This document shows positions 17,823 through 18,926 of a stretch of DNA of 18,926 nucleotides, piece after piece. A program made the translations under genes and the position numbers. The DNA lies in contig JBMGUZ010000055.1 of NCBI GenBank assembly GCA_051530055.1, positions 1 to 18,926 of the forward strand. The letters run 5' to 3'. The stretch's first letter is position 1; each line of letters opens with the position of its first letter. Source of the stretch: Neoechinorhynchus agilis (Eukaryota; Animalia; Acanthocephala). The notes below the pieces were generated by a model. The model had not been told where the DNA came from. It searched no databases and saw nothing but the letters and a program-made list of their open reading frames with translations.

Positions 17823-18926
17823 GGTTTCGGTATTTATGGCATTAATCAATATGCCGAAAACTAAATGAAATTTCTAAAAATATACGAGATGAATGCCAAA
17901 ATTCTGTCAAGAAGCATTCTAGGTTTGTCGCCGAAAAAAGGCGCGTTTGAAACCATAAAAGCTTCAAAAAAAATGAGAAAAACGGGTTTGAAACTTTCAA
18001 CCTCGCAAAATATACAGAGAGAAAGCTTTTAAATAGTGATGACCCCAGAACGTATTTCTCTTATGGAGAAAGGTGATATTCCAGCGTGAAAATTTGTTGT
18101 TTAAAGTTTTTTTGAATGGAAACCACTCTTTTAATCGAATTGCAATTCTTGTCTGACACGAGAATAAAAGACGTGACTTTGAGAAACCGAGATGATTTTA
18201 GTAGAATTTAGCGATGCGCTGTTTTCGATGAATCATATCAACTTTGTATGAGCCAAATGCACAAACGTTGACTAATGAGCAAGCATACCGATAAAAGCAT
18301 CGGTATTGAAAAGTTAACAAAACTTCAACGCGATTAATGAAACCAGAAAGCACAGCAAATGATAATCCAATCAATGCAGGAGGATACACGATAGAATACC
18401 TCCTTAACCTTCAAATGTCCGCAATTGATGAAGCGGTGTTAGCGAAGGACGATGAAATTGGACTGAGTGAACTTGTCGGACAAGTTGATGTCCCTGAATC
18501 TTTTGAGATTCCGATTCCGTCAGTTGTAACATCTTCAGCTAATCGAGGGCATTGGGAGCACAAGGCTACTAGAATTGATGACTGGGAGCGGGCTTATGAT
18601 AATGTTCCCGGAACCGAGCGAATTCGCCCGGGTGGTTTTGATTTGAGAGAGAGAATCGTGAGGTTCAAGGAATAAACGAAAAAACATCCCAGTGATATAT
18701 TTTAATGGGTATTAGAAGGGATTTATTAATGAGATATCAATATAATGGAAATTCCTCATTGAAGTCGCTACATGAAGCATCTTGACATTGTATCCACATC
18801 GACGATATTGGGTTTTTTTTTAAATTCGTTAGAAATATGTTTCTTAGGAATACGCGTAGGACTTGTTCAAAATTACTTGTAAGTTTTCTACTATCTAAAC
18901 CCGTTTTCCCACGCATTTATCTCGCC
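17823..18926. repeat. Right arm of the large inverted duplication; open at the window edge
   Basis: Reverse complement of 9798..10898. Confidence 0.97.
18337..18675 (+). CDS. 112-aa small protein with YTIEYLL motif, copy 2
   Basis: Intact ATG-to-TAA ORF, identical to copy 1 except P53. Confidence 0.55.
   Translation: MKPESTANDNPINAGGYTIEYLLNLQMSAIDEAVLAKDDEIGLSELVGQVDVPESFEIPIPSVVTSSANRGHWEHKATRIDDWERAYDNVPGTERIRPGGFDLRERIVRFKE

Overview
This is AT-rich eukaryotic DNA, most likely from an invertebrate animal, judging by a FoxO-type forkhead exon, a neuronal-calcium-sensor gene and ~50-nt spliceosomal introns. It is not prokaryotic and uses the standard code. From left to right it contains: (1) a decayed minus-strand gene built from repeated ~50-80-aa helical units, running off the left edge; (2) an intact, intronless 540-aa N/Q-rich orphan ORF; (3) a ~3.8-kb satellite of ~250-bp units; (4) abutting non-LTR retrotransposon fragments (APE endonuclease and RTE-like RT end) directly behind a FoxO 5'-half forkhead exon; (5) a large inverted duplication with arms of at least 1.1 kb (9798-10898 / 17823-window end), each carrying an intact 112-aa ORF with a YxxxxL-phi (eIF4E-binding-like) motif. 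The ~6.9-kb spacer between the arms holds a ~1-kb direct repeat pair, three long imperfect hairpins, a frameshifted CRE-clade retrotransposon split at its endonuclease active site, and an NCS-family EF-hand gene with one premature TAG. All family calls come from motif recognition by eye; no database searches were run.
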